62,934 nt of DNA, filler included, from Collodictyon triciliatum (GCA_043381765.1; 5 parts of 5 records of this genome joined end to end with filler, not necessarily neighbours in it); one strand, 5' to 3'; positions 1-12,857 are shown, counted from the whole stretch's first letter. A program made the numbers and translations. Notes: generated from the letters alone by a model not told the origin.

Positions 1-2461
1 GAATTTTGATAGATAAGAGTACCATGGGTTTGTGCTTCATATGAGTTGATTAATGACTAAAATAATTAAAAGAGAATGGAACTATTTGCATATAATAATT
101 GTGACGGATAGAACTTTAGGGCATTCCTAAAATTATAAATGTCAGTTCCAAATTATAAGAAAAATGTTTATGGTTGTTGCATTCGTATAAATTGTTATTC
201 ATCATCATAATGAAAAATGTTATAAGAAGAACCATTTATTCGAATCATCTTAGTGTTAACCATATAATTACACAGTAATTAATCAAGCAACCAGAGGTTA
301 AAACAGCCATATAATTAGATGATTTATATTGAATCAATTATTAAAGAAACCCTGTTTGCTTGACGACATCAAATAATTATTATATGAGAAAAATGATATC
401 ACCCTTGAACATGGCTTCCGATAAAATTTGTTCTGGATTTAAAAGTCTAAAATTGAGTTTTTATGAAATCTTCCTTCAGTTAGCTGGATTATTAATTGTT
501 TTAGAATTATGCTTATTCATAAAGTACAACCATATGTGTATGGAAATGGCGGCCAAGCGATGAGTCACATCCTAATATTCGGTAAACTTACATTAACAAC
601 AGATTGAAATACCAAATCATGTTTTGTGAGAGTTGGGTATCATCTCTAAGTGGTTCAATGATTAGCAATAAGTTTCACTATATATTTGCATGTATTCTTC
701 TATTTCATCGTGATTATTTCATTCTCTATAAGGAGGCTCTTAGTTGTGGATTCAAATCAACCAACTATCTTAAAAATCCAATCGTATGTCAGTTTCCATA
801 TTCACATTATTCATTAAATCAAAACCAAAGCACTAATTAGCTATATCGATAAAAATTTGACTATATTCTTTTGACTATTAATAGCGATATGTTTTATGTA
901 AATATTATATTTCATTGAGCTCTAAACAATGTGATTTTTAAGTATCTTTGGAACCCAAAATAAAATCAGTGTTTATGAAAAGCTAAAGCTCATTATACAA
1001 AAATAAAAAAGGTATTGATATTATTCAATTTACAAACACAATCATTTTAAGAGATATTTTAGAACTGAAAGTTTAGCTATTCAATTGGTTTACATTTCTA
1101 TCAATGCAGACAAATTGAATCCTTGTATTTGAATATTTGATAAAAGATGAAAAATATAGATTATCAACAAAATTGTATATGCATTAATACTTGTACTCGG
1201 CCATATTTTGACCAAATAGGAATAAACCGAACAATATCAAGGATTTATTAAAACGATAGAATCTCCAATATGAACAACCATAGAAGCCATACTGTATGTA
1301 TGGAATAAAATATATAAATCATTATATAAACCAACACAAATACACGAAAATATTATGTATGCATAAAAAGGATTTTTTAATATATTTGAACGATGGTAAT
1401 CGTAAAAAAAAAGGGCGTGAACCATCTACCAAATCCTCGGTTAGTCGGGGGAACATAAAAATACATATAAGAAATACCTTTTCATTACCTCTGATTAATT
1501 TGAAATTGGAAGGGGGAGGGGTGGATTTTGTTGGATTTGATAAATCGACATCTAAATCTTTAAGGTAGAATATTGAACTAATTTAGACGATTTAACAACG
1601 ATTAATTATCAAATAGGTTTCTTTATTGAGCAGTAAACTAACAAATCATTTCACTTGAAGAATTGAACAAGGTCTAGTTAGGTGAGGGGTATGGGCGTGA
1701 AGCTGTGGACAAAAGATTGCAGGTCGGTCAAGGGGAGGGGTGGTGTATCATTCAGCGGCAGACTGGTTTTTAGCGGGGATATGGTATGTGTTTTTCAATT
1801 TGGACATAATAATGGTTCATTAGTTGGTTAGTTGGTTTTTTAAATTCACATTTGATGCAAAGGCGTATCTATTGATTTAACAAAACCTTTTTTCCTCTTT
1901 ATTCTATTCAAAGTGTATTTAGACGGAATGTAAAATACGGATACAAAGATTCTGCAGATAACAAAGCTTCTCTAGTAGATACGTAATTTAAAGAATTTTT
2001 CTGTAGATTTAGCATTCATGAGGCGATACGTAATAAGATTATCACAAATACCAACGACATAGCGATGCAGATGCTTTAGACAGACATTTCATATTGGTTA
2101 AAATTAATTAGCGAATATATAGCTGAATTATTTTATTTATTGTAAGTATTACAATATTGATTCCATGTATTTTATGGTAGGATAAAATCTATCAACTGAA
2201 TAATAAAATAACTAGGATGGCCAGACTCCGATGATAATTCTTAATTCTATAGATTCTTGTACTATCATTATTAGTAATACTTTTACTACTGAAATATTTT
2301 TAATTAAAATATTCGACTTTATGCATGCTTTATTTTATATGTTAAATATGTAATGTTTTCAAATTAAATAAAGTCTCCTTACCGCAAAAAAAGGATACAC
2401 GACTTTTGATTACAAAAATTTACAACGAATATTATTATTTTATTTATTTTTTGGTCATGAA

Positions 2462-2665
2462 TGACTGGACAAAGACATACCTCCTTCCACACACAACACG
2501 ACCCAACACCCCCACCGTACGTTCTTAGACCTTTACTTCAGACCATCGGGAAAACTAGGAGCCGCCAATCCACCACCCCTCCCCTATCCTCCAAGTAGTA
2601 GATCGAAACAGTTCCCTTTCCCACGGATTTTGTCTTTCGTCCCTTCCATTTTCAACTGCATCTGA
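2462..2665 (+). mobile_element. Possible divergent LINE ORF2 C-terminal remnant
   Basis: C-rich island in AT-rich DNA. It translates as LDKDIPP...HRTFLDLYFRPSG, loosely similar to AEKDIKP...RMQFLITDYFSAIRP of the 7171-7908 LINE ORF. Confidence 0.3.
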
Positions 2666-3346
2666 GTTTTGTCCATGACTTTAGTTTGAACTTTTTCCGA
2701 TTCAAGATGAATAATTAATGCTTAAAATGGTAGATTAAATAAAATAATGCGATTTTTCAGCTATTCCATGAAGTTGTCAGATTGAACCATTTATCAAAAC
2801 GAGACCTAACTTGAGAATGAAGTTTGATTGATAATCTGCTAAAAATTAGGCTATATGAATATGTACTTGAAATGTGCATATTTGGTTTTTCTACCGTTGA
2901 ATATCAAACATGTGACGAATTTTCTGTCATATAAATTTAAAAATTTTTCGTGCTTTTCAATTATGATGAGAATTAGAAGGTAAAATTAGACAAGTATCAT
3001 ACTTTTTTACTATCAGAATTTTGGTCAATCTGGCCCAAATATTGCACTATTCTTTGTAATGCCCTCAAAGTTTTAATTATGTGTTTCTTTAATTATTGTA
3101 AAAAAATTAAATTAATGGTACTTGAAACCTCGAAATAAATCATTTCCTTTCGATGCTATCAATTGGCTTGATCAACTTACTGTATGACTTATTTATCACC
3201 AAAAAATGAGAGCTCCAGAGTTCTTTGTACGATGAAATGGAATGACAGATGGGCCCTTTCTGAAAGTTCATGCAGTGCTATTATAAATGGTTTTTTTTAT
3301 TCATCCTGAGAAAGAATCAAAACATTTAAATTGTCGAAAATTTTGT

Positions 3347-3530
3347 CCTGGTCTTCTTTATGCAAGCACAAGACCCAAACCACCGACCAAACCGCAGGAT
3401 GCAATTCCTGATTACCGACTACTTCTCCGCCACCCGGCCACCAAGTAGCGTCCATGCAAACGATGGCTAGCGAACCAAAGCCAACATCTCCACCGTCCTG
3501 CACAAAATGGAATGGAAGAATAAAAGAAAA
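3347..3530 (+). mobile_element. 5'-truncated LINE (3' end of ORF2 plus 3' tail) with degenerate target-site duplication
   Basis: Close nucleotide match to the reverse complement of ~7200-7330 (MQAQDPNHRPNRRMQFLITDYFSATRPPSS). It ends in GAATAAAAGAAAA and is flanked by AAATTGTCGAAAATTTTGT (~3328) and AAATAGTCGAAAATTGTTGT (~3528). Confidence 0.8.
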
Positions 3531-4127
3531 ATAGTCGAAAATTGTTGTATTAATTACGTATAGATTTTTTCGTTACAATGAAACCCTCTTTAATATCGTT
3601 GAACTTAAATCATGATTGATTTTTCCAACTTGGCTATTTTTAATTCATACATCATTCAATATCATATATGCCTTGTGAAAAGTAAAGGTAAAAATTAACA
3701 AGGATAGCAAGGTATCAGAATCTACCGTTTATTTAGTCATAAAAATACATGTAGTGATTTTCCCAAACATGTATCATACCTGAATCTGGTTGATTGAAGT
3801 ATGATTTTAAGATTCAAGGAGTCGAGTTGAACGGACGAATGTCTTCAGACTATTAGAATGGATAATTCATTATTTATGTTTCCAAAATTTTGAGTAATAT
3901 TGTAGTTTCTAATTAAAAAATAAAGGTATATTTCTTCGGAGTCTGCAAAAATAATTTACAATATTCTTGCCGGTTCCGCTAATGCCTATGCTGAAGAAGT
4001 TGTGCTGGTTTGCCGGCTGTTATATGTCATATGTTGAATACTAGACATACATAAGTCAAGGGTATTGGATTTGGAGTCTAATAGAATGAACTAATATTAG
4101 GAATCTGATAGTAAAGGAGAGCAGGGT

Positions 4128-4389
4128 AGTCGCGTGCACTTTCGCCCAGGGAGAATTTGGCCTCCGATCAAATTGAAGTCAGAGTCCTTGGTAGTCGCAC
4201 CTTTTAAAGGTTGCAACTACTCTAGACCCTATCGGTTGCATATTAATGAACCACAAACCCAGATTCCATACGCTGCTGGCCTGAACTTAACCGACACGTG
4301 CCACTGCTTTCAACCAAGATGCAACAACTACGGCGTCCTGTAAAAATTTTTAAACCCCCCTTCATTCACTTGTATCGAATAAAGGAAAA
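4128..4389 (+). mobile_element. SINE-like retroposon, family A, copy 1
   Basis: Homologous to the reverse complements of ~6548-6815 and ~11584-11810 (shared GGCCTC-GAT..AAGTCAG and TTCAACCAAGATGCAACAACTACGGCG blocks). It ends in ATCGAATAAAGGAAAA. Confidence 0.7.
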
Positions 4390-5448
4390 TATGTATAAAC
4401 GAGGGATTGATTTTTTTCCACCAACAGGCGAATCCCATGAAAAAAAGCCGAGTTGAGAAGAGAAAAGCAAACAGATCAAAAACGAACCTGAAAGCAAATC
4501 CAATTTCTAAGAGACGTTCTTAAAGTCTACGTTTGAAGGATCTCCATCGAAGTGATCTTACTGCGGGCAGAGCAACCAGAGATTCAATCACCCCGAAGCT
4601 CCTAGAAAGCATCACAAACCGCATGAGATTGGAATAGAATTCACTTAAAATTCTTAGTAACAGCAAAATGGATAGTCAGTTAAAGCTTCCATAAAAAAAT
4701 AAAAAAAAAATAGAATCAATGATATTTCATATAGTGTGTATGCGTGGCCAACGATGTTTTGCGACAGAAAGACTCGGAAATCCGGAATAGCCCCAGCTCT
4801 CCTTGGCTTTCGAATATTTGTAATGATGAGGGTCCTAAAACCTTTGCAGGAAGGAGGAATAGTTGAATTTAATGTTATTTGGATATGTAAATAAGTTTTC
4901 ATGGGTTTTGAATTTTGAGTTTTGGTCGGTTTGTGCGCAACATAACCCAGGGATTATGCTGGGCAAGACTAGAGTCATTCACATGAAGTTTTGCTGAAGG
5001 GACTCATCTTTGGCCCGTTCTTGTTTCTTTCATTTTATTTTTATTTGCCAGCTGTTGATAGACTACCCTATTCTCGATCAAGTCTTCTGACTTTCTGACA
5101 TAGGTAAAAGACTTGCTTAGGTATAAACCTCCGCTTTTTGTAGAAAAGAAAATAAAGGTATGTTTTCATGTTGTATTATTCAGTTTGCTTGACCTTATGT
5201 TGATCGGTGGTTTTTTTTTGTGTTTTGTTAAAAATAATGAGTGTCCAAGCAAAAGGGATTCAATAGATCAGTTGTATTGTGCTGGTCTTTTGGCTTTTGT
5301 TCTTGGTTGTCTGTGTGCTTTCGTCGGTGGAAATGTGCTTGTTGAGTGATCTGCTATATACACAGGTGAGCCGGTTTTTTTTTTTTTTTTTTTTTTTTGT
5401 TTTGTTTACTTTGAAATTGGGTGGGGTGTTGAAGAAGANNNNNNNNNN

Positions 5449-5479
<31 letters not shown>

Positions 5480-6547
5480 TCCGAAAAAGGGATTTCGAAA
5501 AAAAGGTTTTTTTTTCTTGGGTGGTCCGGTTTTTTTTTTTTTTTTTTTGTTTTAGGTTTGTTTACATCGAAAGTGAGTCGGGTGTTGAAGAAGAAAAACA
5601 TTAGTAAATTTTGTTTTCTTCATAGGAAATTTTAGTCGCGCAGAAAAATCCAAAGCAAAAAAACATAGGAAAAATGATGGACGGAGCAAATGTGGAAAAA
5701 ATGGGGCTAGTGTCTTGCTTAACTGAATAAGCGGTTTAGTGACTATTTGAAAATAAATATAGCTTGAAATAATATTGTTTTCTAATACTGCAACCAATCA
5801 ATCTCTTCAATCACATTATCAACTCTTGGTTGATTTTTTTTTTTTTTAGTAACGGCCTTTGAACAGAGGGAAATATTGCAGCTGCACATAATAAAATGTC
5901 TACCTATGGAAAGTACATTCTCATTAACATTAACATTCACTAGCAGAACACAAAAGCACCAGAACATCGCATTGTATTAGTTGAAGAGAAAAGCACATTG
6001 TGCTCATCAAATGGCCCACATATCGACCTTATCCATTCAGATATCTGGTGGAAAGGGATGCAGTCCGTAATCTAAAAAACCAGTAAGTCAAAGCACTTTG
6101 ATACATTTCACTGCTTATTGTTTCTCTTGAAACCACTGCAGGTACATATCGCTATTGGAACTCAAAGTCTAGTTTACTAGCTTGTCAACTTCTTCCTTCT
6201 TTTCTTTCTTTTTTTCAATAGTTTATTGATCAAACACATCGCCAATGATGAATACAATTTCTTTTTAATGTATGTTTTTTTGAAATGGCTGATACTTGAT
6301 GCGGGCTTAATTGACGCGCACCACCTTTCGCGTATCTTTATAGACTCATTATAACGGCTTACAAAACCCAACACGAAGAAAAGTTTTATGCTATAATATT
6401 ACTTTTTTTTACTTTTCAAAAGGTATATGTGATATTATTGGATATTCTGAAAAAATAATAACTTATTAGATCACTGCTAGAAATCTTTTTTTTTTTTTTG
6501 TAAGTTACTGATCTCATACTGTCGCTAAGTTCAATGTGGTGCATTGA

Positions 6548-6815
6548 TTTTTTTCCTTTTTATTTTGTTTAAAGAAAGTTTTTTTATTATGATTATACAG
6601 CCCGCCCTAGTTGTTGCTCCTTGGTTGAAAGCACCAACGCGTTTTGGATTCATGTGCAGGTCGTTGTAGTATAGAAACAAAATTCATGACTCATCTAAAT
6701 ATATATCTATTGTGGGTCGAGCTTCATACAATCCTTAATAGCTGTAACTACCAAAGCTCTGACTTGGATTCAATCCGAGGCCTAACTTCCGGCAAAGTCC
6801 AAGTGACGCGACTGA
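6548..6815 (-). mobile_element. SINE-like retroposon, family A, copy 2
   Basis: The reverse complement aligns with 4128-4389 (AGTCGCGT-CACTT, AAGTCAGAG-TTGGTAGT, GCTTTCAACCAAG-GCAACAACTA-GGCG) and has an A-rich 3' end. Confidence 0.7.
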
Positions 6816-7149
6816 TTTAAATCAGACAATGAATGCGCAACCAGTAGACGCAACATGTGAAAGTCGCTAATTTTATTTAAAAAAAGACTTTCAATTTGGA
6901 TATAATGCTGTATTTGATTATTTTTTTGGATTGCTATTTGATTGAATGCCTTTTGCCCGTGATAAATATATGTATACGAACTATGCTGACTCACTAAAAC
7001 CTATATCCTGAGTAACCTCATTCCACCATTTGATGCAAAGCTCTGTTTAAGTGCATCAAAAAGAATCCATCGCGTTCGTATATTTATTTTTCCACAAAGT
7101 CCAAGTCAAAGCCAATTTACTTTGCTTCTAAACCCATCTTACTGAACCA

Positions 7150-7830
7150 TTCTTTGCCATTTCATTTTGTTTATTTTTCTTTGCGTGTGGAGATGAAGTT
7201 CCTGTCTCCAAGGTGCCAGCCTTCTTTTGCACTAACGCTACTTGTTGGCCGGATGGCGGAGAAGTAGTCGGTAATCAGGAATTGCATCCTGCGGTTTGGC
7301 CTGTGGCCTGGGTTTTGTGCTTGCATGAGAGATACAAAGCGAGGTTTAATATCTTTCTCAGCCTCTTTCCACATGTTTCTTCTCACGGGGTCTGAGTAGT
7401 AGAGAACGTGCAGGCGGCGAAGGAAGTCATTGAGGAAAGAGATGTGTATGATGTCATCCAGCCTGTTATCAGGAATGGGTGGCTGGTTGTTGAATCTTGC
7501 CTTGCGTGAGTATATGGGTGCTATCCACATAGTCCATAGCAAATGGCCTCGCGTCACTGCCCATAATGTTTTTGCATCTGGATGCAGCTGTTGCAGAGGC
7601 CCAAATATGGCCTGGATTGGGCCAACAGCCGCAGCCGTCTTGAGTGTCAGTCGAAGAATCTCGCCAGCTGTTTCGCGCAGGTTTTGAGCGAACGGACATT
7701 GCACAAATGTGTGCTCAATGGATTCATCACCGTTGCTGCAAAGTGTGCATTGTTGCGAGACTTTGCCAGCTTTTGTCGCGCGTGTGCCTATCCATAGCTC
7801 CCTATTGATGAGATGATATAAAGCAGCCGA
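7150..7830 (-). mobile_element. 5'-truncated L1/Tx1-like LINE, ORF2 C-terminal region with zf-RVT-type CCHC zinc finger
   Basis: ORF 7171-7908 contains CTLC-x5-SIEHTFVQC and a ...LLWTMW... motif typical of the L1-clade ORF2 C-terminus. Related copies lie at 3347, 20560 and 42086. The ORF's N-terminal ~25 aa look like flanking DNA. Confidence 0.85.
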
Positions 7831-9388
7831 AAACATTGCCAAAGCAAAATAAATGCAAACCATATCATAAAAAAAAGCAAATGATTCACTCTGTATAATA
7901 TCGACCATATAATATTTTGTGTTCTCTTATGAATGTGGCATGTGAAAAAAGAGAGAACGAGTATGAGTCGTATGTTATGCCATCCCGCCTAGTAGTGTAT
8001 ATCCAAAACAACATGTCTTATGGTATATGTCCAGTGATAAGTAGCATTCAGTGGCGTCCATTCAGTCGTGTGCCCCATCAAGACGGATTGAACACAGTTC
8101 TATTATATTCATAAATATAAAGCTTCTTGAAACATATACCATTTTTTACTGTCTACTTTTTTGTATCATAAATATTTGTGTGCAACGCGACTGGGCAAAT
8201 AACAATAAAGCAAAAAATAAGAAATTGACTCTACCTTTGCTTTGCAATCTCCAAAAAAACACGTCTGATATGCTTCGCTTCTTTGCTAATCACTTGTATT
8301 TCTTTTTTGCTCTTGTTTTTAGGTCATAGAGCTCATATTTGTTTGACGCTATAATCCGCCCATTTGTCTACCAATATATATTAACGTGCGATTTCATTTG
8401 GTGTTTTTCTACAGTGTTATGTCGAGAAACCAAATCCGTAGAAAACGTTTTTACCTGTGGGCACATAAATTTACACAGGCTAATTTTGAAAGATATTTTT
8501 TAATTTTTTTTCTTGATTATTACATATGTTGAAGTTTATAATGGTGAATAGGTTAATAACTAAATAATGTTTTCAATATATATAGACATAGTCACATGAA
8601 AATTTTTAGTAGGCAGCCAACTTATATGACTTTTTGGAGGGTGCTTACTGTATGGATAGCTTGGTTTCTTCGTATCGAGGATTTTATAGATGTATAATCT
8701 GATTTACCTTTTTAATACCCATTCGGACTTGAATACTGTATATAAGCAACATATTACAACCAACATATCGATATACTTTTTCATGAAAAAAATTAATCAA
8801 ATACAATCAAAAATTAAAAAATATTCGTAATAAATCAATTTAAAAAGGATATTGCCAATGCTGTCAGGAACTCTTTTATAATTATGAAATAAATATTTGA
8901 TTGCTTTCATAAGCATGCTTACGATAAAGAATACCAACAGTGCGAGACTATCTTAAGTCTATGAGATATTAGTTGTAAATTGATCATTCAGGTTATCGAG
9001 CAAGATTAATACATTATGAAACATATAAAACAGCATACAATTTTTAATATATTCATACAAAATATTTTTAATTATATGTCATGGCTAATGCATTGTTGGC
9101 TTTGTATATGTAATCATCATACGCTGAATAATCAAAATACAGTCCCTATGAGACTGGAATATCGATACTGTTGTTCACTTAAAAATTATTAATAAATCAA
9201 TACTCCATGAGACACGCTAGCTGTGACGTTGACCACGAAGTCGAGACCACGGCGTAAAGGAATGACTATGTAAATTATTATTTTCTCTCTTTTTTTAATT
9301 TGTATAAGCCTCGATTGTTTGACCTGACATAGTAATATATTGTTTAGATGCATTTAAATAATCATACACATAATCGATACGATTATTT

Positions 9389-10383
9389 TGATACCAGAAA
9401 ACTGATATAAATCAGCAAAAGAACGTTGGTAGTTATGAGACCCTGAAGAGGAACCAAGCCGACATAAAACCCAAGAGAGCTGTCCTACTGTCATATGATA
9501 TTTCTTGGGGCGCTAATCTTACAAATAAATCGAAGAAATCAAAAGCATATGAAACCCATCTCATTAAGTACAAGCGTATATATATAAAATGGAATAATAA
9601 AACTTTAGATATAGTTATCCAAACAAATAACAACTGTAAACAAAACAAATAAAAAATGGGAATCCACCAAAACATCATCGCTAATGAAATACCTTGCACA
9701 GGACATAAAACCATAGAAAAATTACTTCTTAAACTTACAGATATTTTTCTGGTATAATTGTGAATAATTGCAAGATTGTACCTACTACAAAATAACCAAA
9801 TATAAAGAAAATCCCTGTGTTTTTGTTTTACCTTTCAATCACTTACTCAACCGCACCACTTATTGTTTTTATATATCATAGTCTTTACTTAAATGACACT
9901 TGCATTGAAGAATATAATAAACGTCTGACATATACAGGTAATAAAAATCCTTGAAATCGTATTTAAGGTAACTGATTTGTGGGTACTTTTATCAACCCGA
10001 CAATTTTATCCGCCCTTCTGTCAGTCTCGAACACAATATTAACCCGCGTTGGATTTTTTTATTCATGACGGAATAAGATGTTGGCGCCCGTTCCTACAAT
10101 CTTAAAACCATGTTTGATTTAACCCACTTCAGGAAGAAAAAGTCTGCGTGTATAAACACTTTGCTACCTTTCTTTTTCAACAACCGGTTTATCTTTTCTT
10201 ACATTCCTATTCACATCTTTCTATCTATCTTTTATTTTTTATAAACAAAAAAATCCAAATATATAAAGTTCAAGTTTTCCACTTTCTCATCCGTATCTCG
10301 TTTTTGTCCTAGAGGCGCAGGCGGCACCTCGAATTTGTTTTCTATTAGTAAATAGTTGAAATGAAACCAAGGAAAATAAAAAA
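9389..10383 (+). mobile_element. Non-autonomous LINE-derived element (degenerate ORF2-like segment plus shared 3' tail)
   Basis: Apart from a divergent 3' part, it matches 36538-~37203 closely. The 3' part matches the tail of the ORF1 element (36250-36534), including the GAGG..CCTC hairpin and A-rich end. One frame reads KPKRAVLLSYDISWGANLTNKSKKSKAY, resembling the L1-clade post-RT 'LPK..GGLGL.D...KA' motif. Confidence 0.7.
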
Positions 10384-11583
10384 CTGCTACCTTGAATCAA
10401 TTAAAAGCAACATAACTCATATATACAAAAACACGAAAACATCGTCATCTAAATTTTTTTATCTATTATAAAATATGTTTGGCAAATAATAAAAAAAACC
10501 TTCAACGCATCACCACAAGCTTATAGATTTGCTTGCACATTTGTAAGGAATATATTGAAAAAACTTGCTATTTTTCGCTGGAATACCTCAAAAAAATTGC
10601 GTTTCAAAGGGAGCAAAGAGCATTTACTGATGTTCGCAATATTGCCACCTTGCTTGAGTGTGTATTTCTGTTTCTTAAAAACAAAGAATCTGAAACTGCT
10701 CCTTTCAAATCTTTTCTTATTCGAATATTTGTTTTGATAAAACTATTCTTTATATAATTCTTGTTTGATACCACCATAAATACTTTTCTTGGCCGGGTTT
10801 ACTTCTCTTGGTGTTTATGGAAATCCAGTAAGTTTAAGTGTGTTTTAAATTATTCATGTTTTTTTTATTATTTATGCGCATATAATTTTTTTTTACTTAT
10901 TTTTGTTAATTTTCGCTTCAGTAGCTAACAAGTATGCAAACAGATGGAGGAGCTGCATGTGGAGTCGCATCACTCACAAATGTGCCAGTGATGTGTATAA
11001 ATAGAGACCTCACAAACAGAATAAGGACAGTGTCATGCGAAATTACTTCACATTCTCTACTGCAACAACAGGTAGAAATATCGCCTATGATTACACGCTC
11101 TGAAGCTTTATGAACACGTTTGCTAAAAATCTTTAAATACATACATATAACAACAACTTAATTTTTTACAAAAAATATTACATTAGTAGTTGGACAACAC
11201 TGCCGGTGCCTTACACGCTCAAAGAAAGTAGTAAAGTTGAAAAGGCCACGCAAATCCTAAATCTTGAAGAAATTACAATAACATATATTTCATATAAAAA
11301 TAATAAAATTATCATATTCCGAGCAAGTGACACACGCGCAAGAGTTGAATACTGTCCACACAGGTTGTGCAAATTATGATTTCTTACATATACTTTAATA
11401 ATAATAAAAAAAAAAATAGCAAAATCTTCCAGGAACACAATATATGCAAACAAAATCAACATACCTTACAATATTTTTGCATAGGATGAAATACATGCCT
11501 TTCGCCAATGAAACACAGAACAGTGTATTGCAAATAATAATACATTTAATAATTTTATATCCTTCGTTCAATTCAAAGTAAGG

Positions 11584-11810
11584 TTTTTTTTTTGCATTTT
11601 TCTACAGTCCGCCGTTGTTGTTCCATCTTGTTTGAACGCAATGAACGCGTCAAATTCGGGTCAAGGTCAGCTTGGTACGGGAGCTGGATTCTTGCTTCAT
11701 CGCTATGCATCCGAGAGTGTTGAGAAATATTACAACTCTAAACGGCTGCACCTAACAGGGCCCCTGACATGGATTCGATCTGAGGCCAAACTTTCCCCCG
11801 GAGGCATCCT
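11584..11810 (-). mobile_element. SINE-like retroposon, family A, copy 3
   Basis: The reverse complement aligns with 4128-4389 (GGGGAAAGTTTGGCCTCAGATCGAATCCATGTCAG...TTCAAACAAGATGGAACAACAACGGCG) and ends in poly-A. Confidence 0.65.
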
Positions 11811-11854
11811 ATTGTCTTATTTATTCATTCAATATATACTGTAGCACACTGGAG

Positions 11855-12515
11855 TTTTTTTTTTTTTTTGGTTTCTTTTCAACAGTTTATTGAGAGAAAA
11901 AAAAGCCGAGGAAACCGCCTTCGCCTCTAGGACAGAAATGAGCTGTGGACAAGACAGTGGAAAACCCCAGATTGTGTGGTTGGAGTTTTTGTGTTTTGGG
12001 AGAAAGAGAGACAAAAACAAAAAGAAAATAGAAAGGAGAGAAAGTGTTCTCACACGCAGACTATTCTACCCGAGGTGAATCAGCTCCAACGCGATTTCTG
12101 GTTGTATTTATAACTGACAGAAGAGCGGATAAAGTTGTCGGGTCGATAAAAATACGCACATGGCAGTAACTTCTCAAATCGATTCCGACGAGTCCTTTCA
12201 ACCATCTATCTCAGACAAGTTTTACATCCTATTTCATTCCACAGGATGAGTAATTTTGGGGAGACAACGGGTCACTTTCCTTGCATTTCTTGCTGGGCGA
12301 CTCTGACAAAAAGCGATACATCGTTGTTTGTCTGGTATTAACGGAAGTGGCGCTTGACCGTCCCACGGTTTCGGAACCATGCGTATTTGGCAGTGGACTT
12401 TGCTTTACCGGATTATGGATACGCGTTTGTGGTTTTAGAAACATACGCTCCTGCTTGCTCGGACTGTCTTTAGTGTGTGAAGTTCCAAGCTTGGATTCGA
12501 CTTGTGCTGTTTGCT
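11855..12515 (-). mobile_element. 3' part of the ORF1-only LINE-like element (cut by contig end)
   Basis: Near-identical reverse complement of 35889-36534 (…FLKPQTRIH…QTTMYRFLSESPSKK, 3' tail). The poly-A tail appears as poly-T at 11855-11869. Confidence 0.9.
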
Positions 12516-12615
12516 NNNNNNNNNNNNNNNNNNNNNNNNNNNNNNNNNNNNNNNNNNNNTTAATTAATTAANNNNNNNNNNNNNNNNNNNNNNNNNNNNN
12601 NNNNNNNNNNNNNNN
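12516..12615. other. Artificial contig-joining linker (44 N + TTAATTAATTAA + 44 N)
   Basis: The identical 100-nt six-frame-stop spacer recurs at 25125, 37736 and 50342 and separates contigs of about 12.5 kb. Confidence 0.97.
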
Positions 12616-12857
12616 TAATTCAATGCTGTGGGATATCTCTCGACATTAAAGATTGTTGTCATCCAACGGTCATCACATAAATAAAATCAACCCACAGAAG
12701 AAAAATAGGAGATAACGTATCGTTTTTACCTCGCTGTAGATTAGCATATATATATACATATTGTTGTTATTGCGCAAGCAAGAGAGATATTTCGTTTTGT
12801 GGTATTATGCTGATCTTTGCCACAACTGTGACTGATATCAAAAACACTATTCTTCAT

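Noticed and set aside
1-2400. Possible minus-strand exons at the window start, and similar fragments at 5780-6180, 10900-11500, 22720-23300, 25400-25830 and 53950-55900
   Set aside because: No consistent spliced frame or recognisable domain could be assembled by eye.
5370-5600. Direct repeat either side of the short N-gap, and the poly-F/poly-K ORFs there
   Set aside because: This looks like overlapping low-quality contig ends next to homopolymers, i.e. an assembly artefact.
12516-12615. Regularly spaced TTAATTAATTAA palindromes as a biological repeat
   Set aside because: They are identical N-padded six-frame-stop linkers from contig concatenation.
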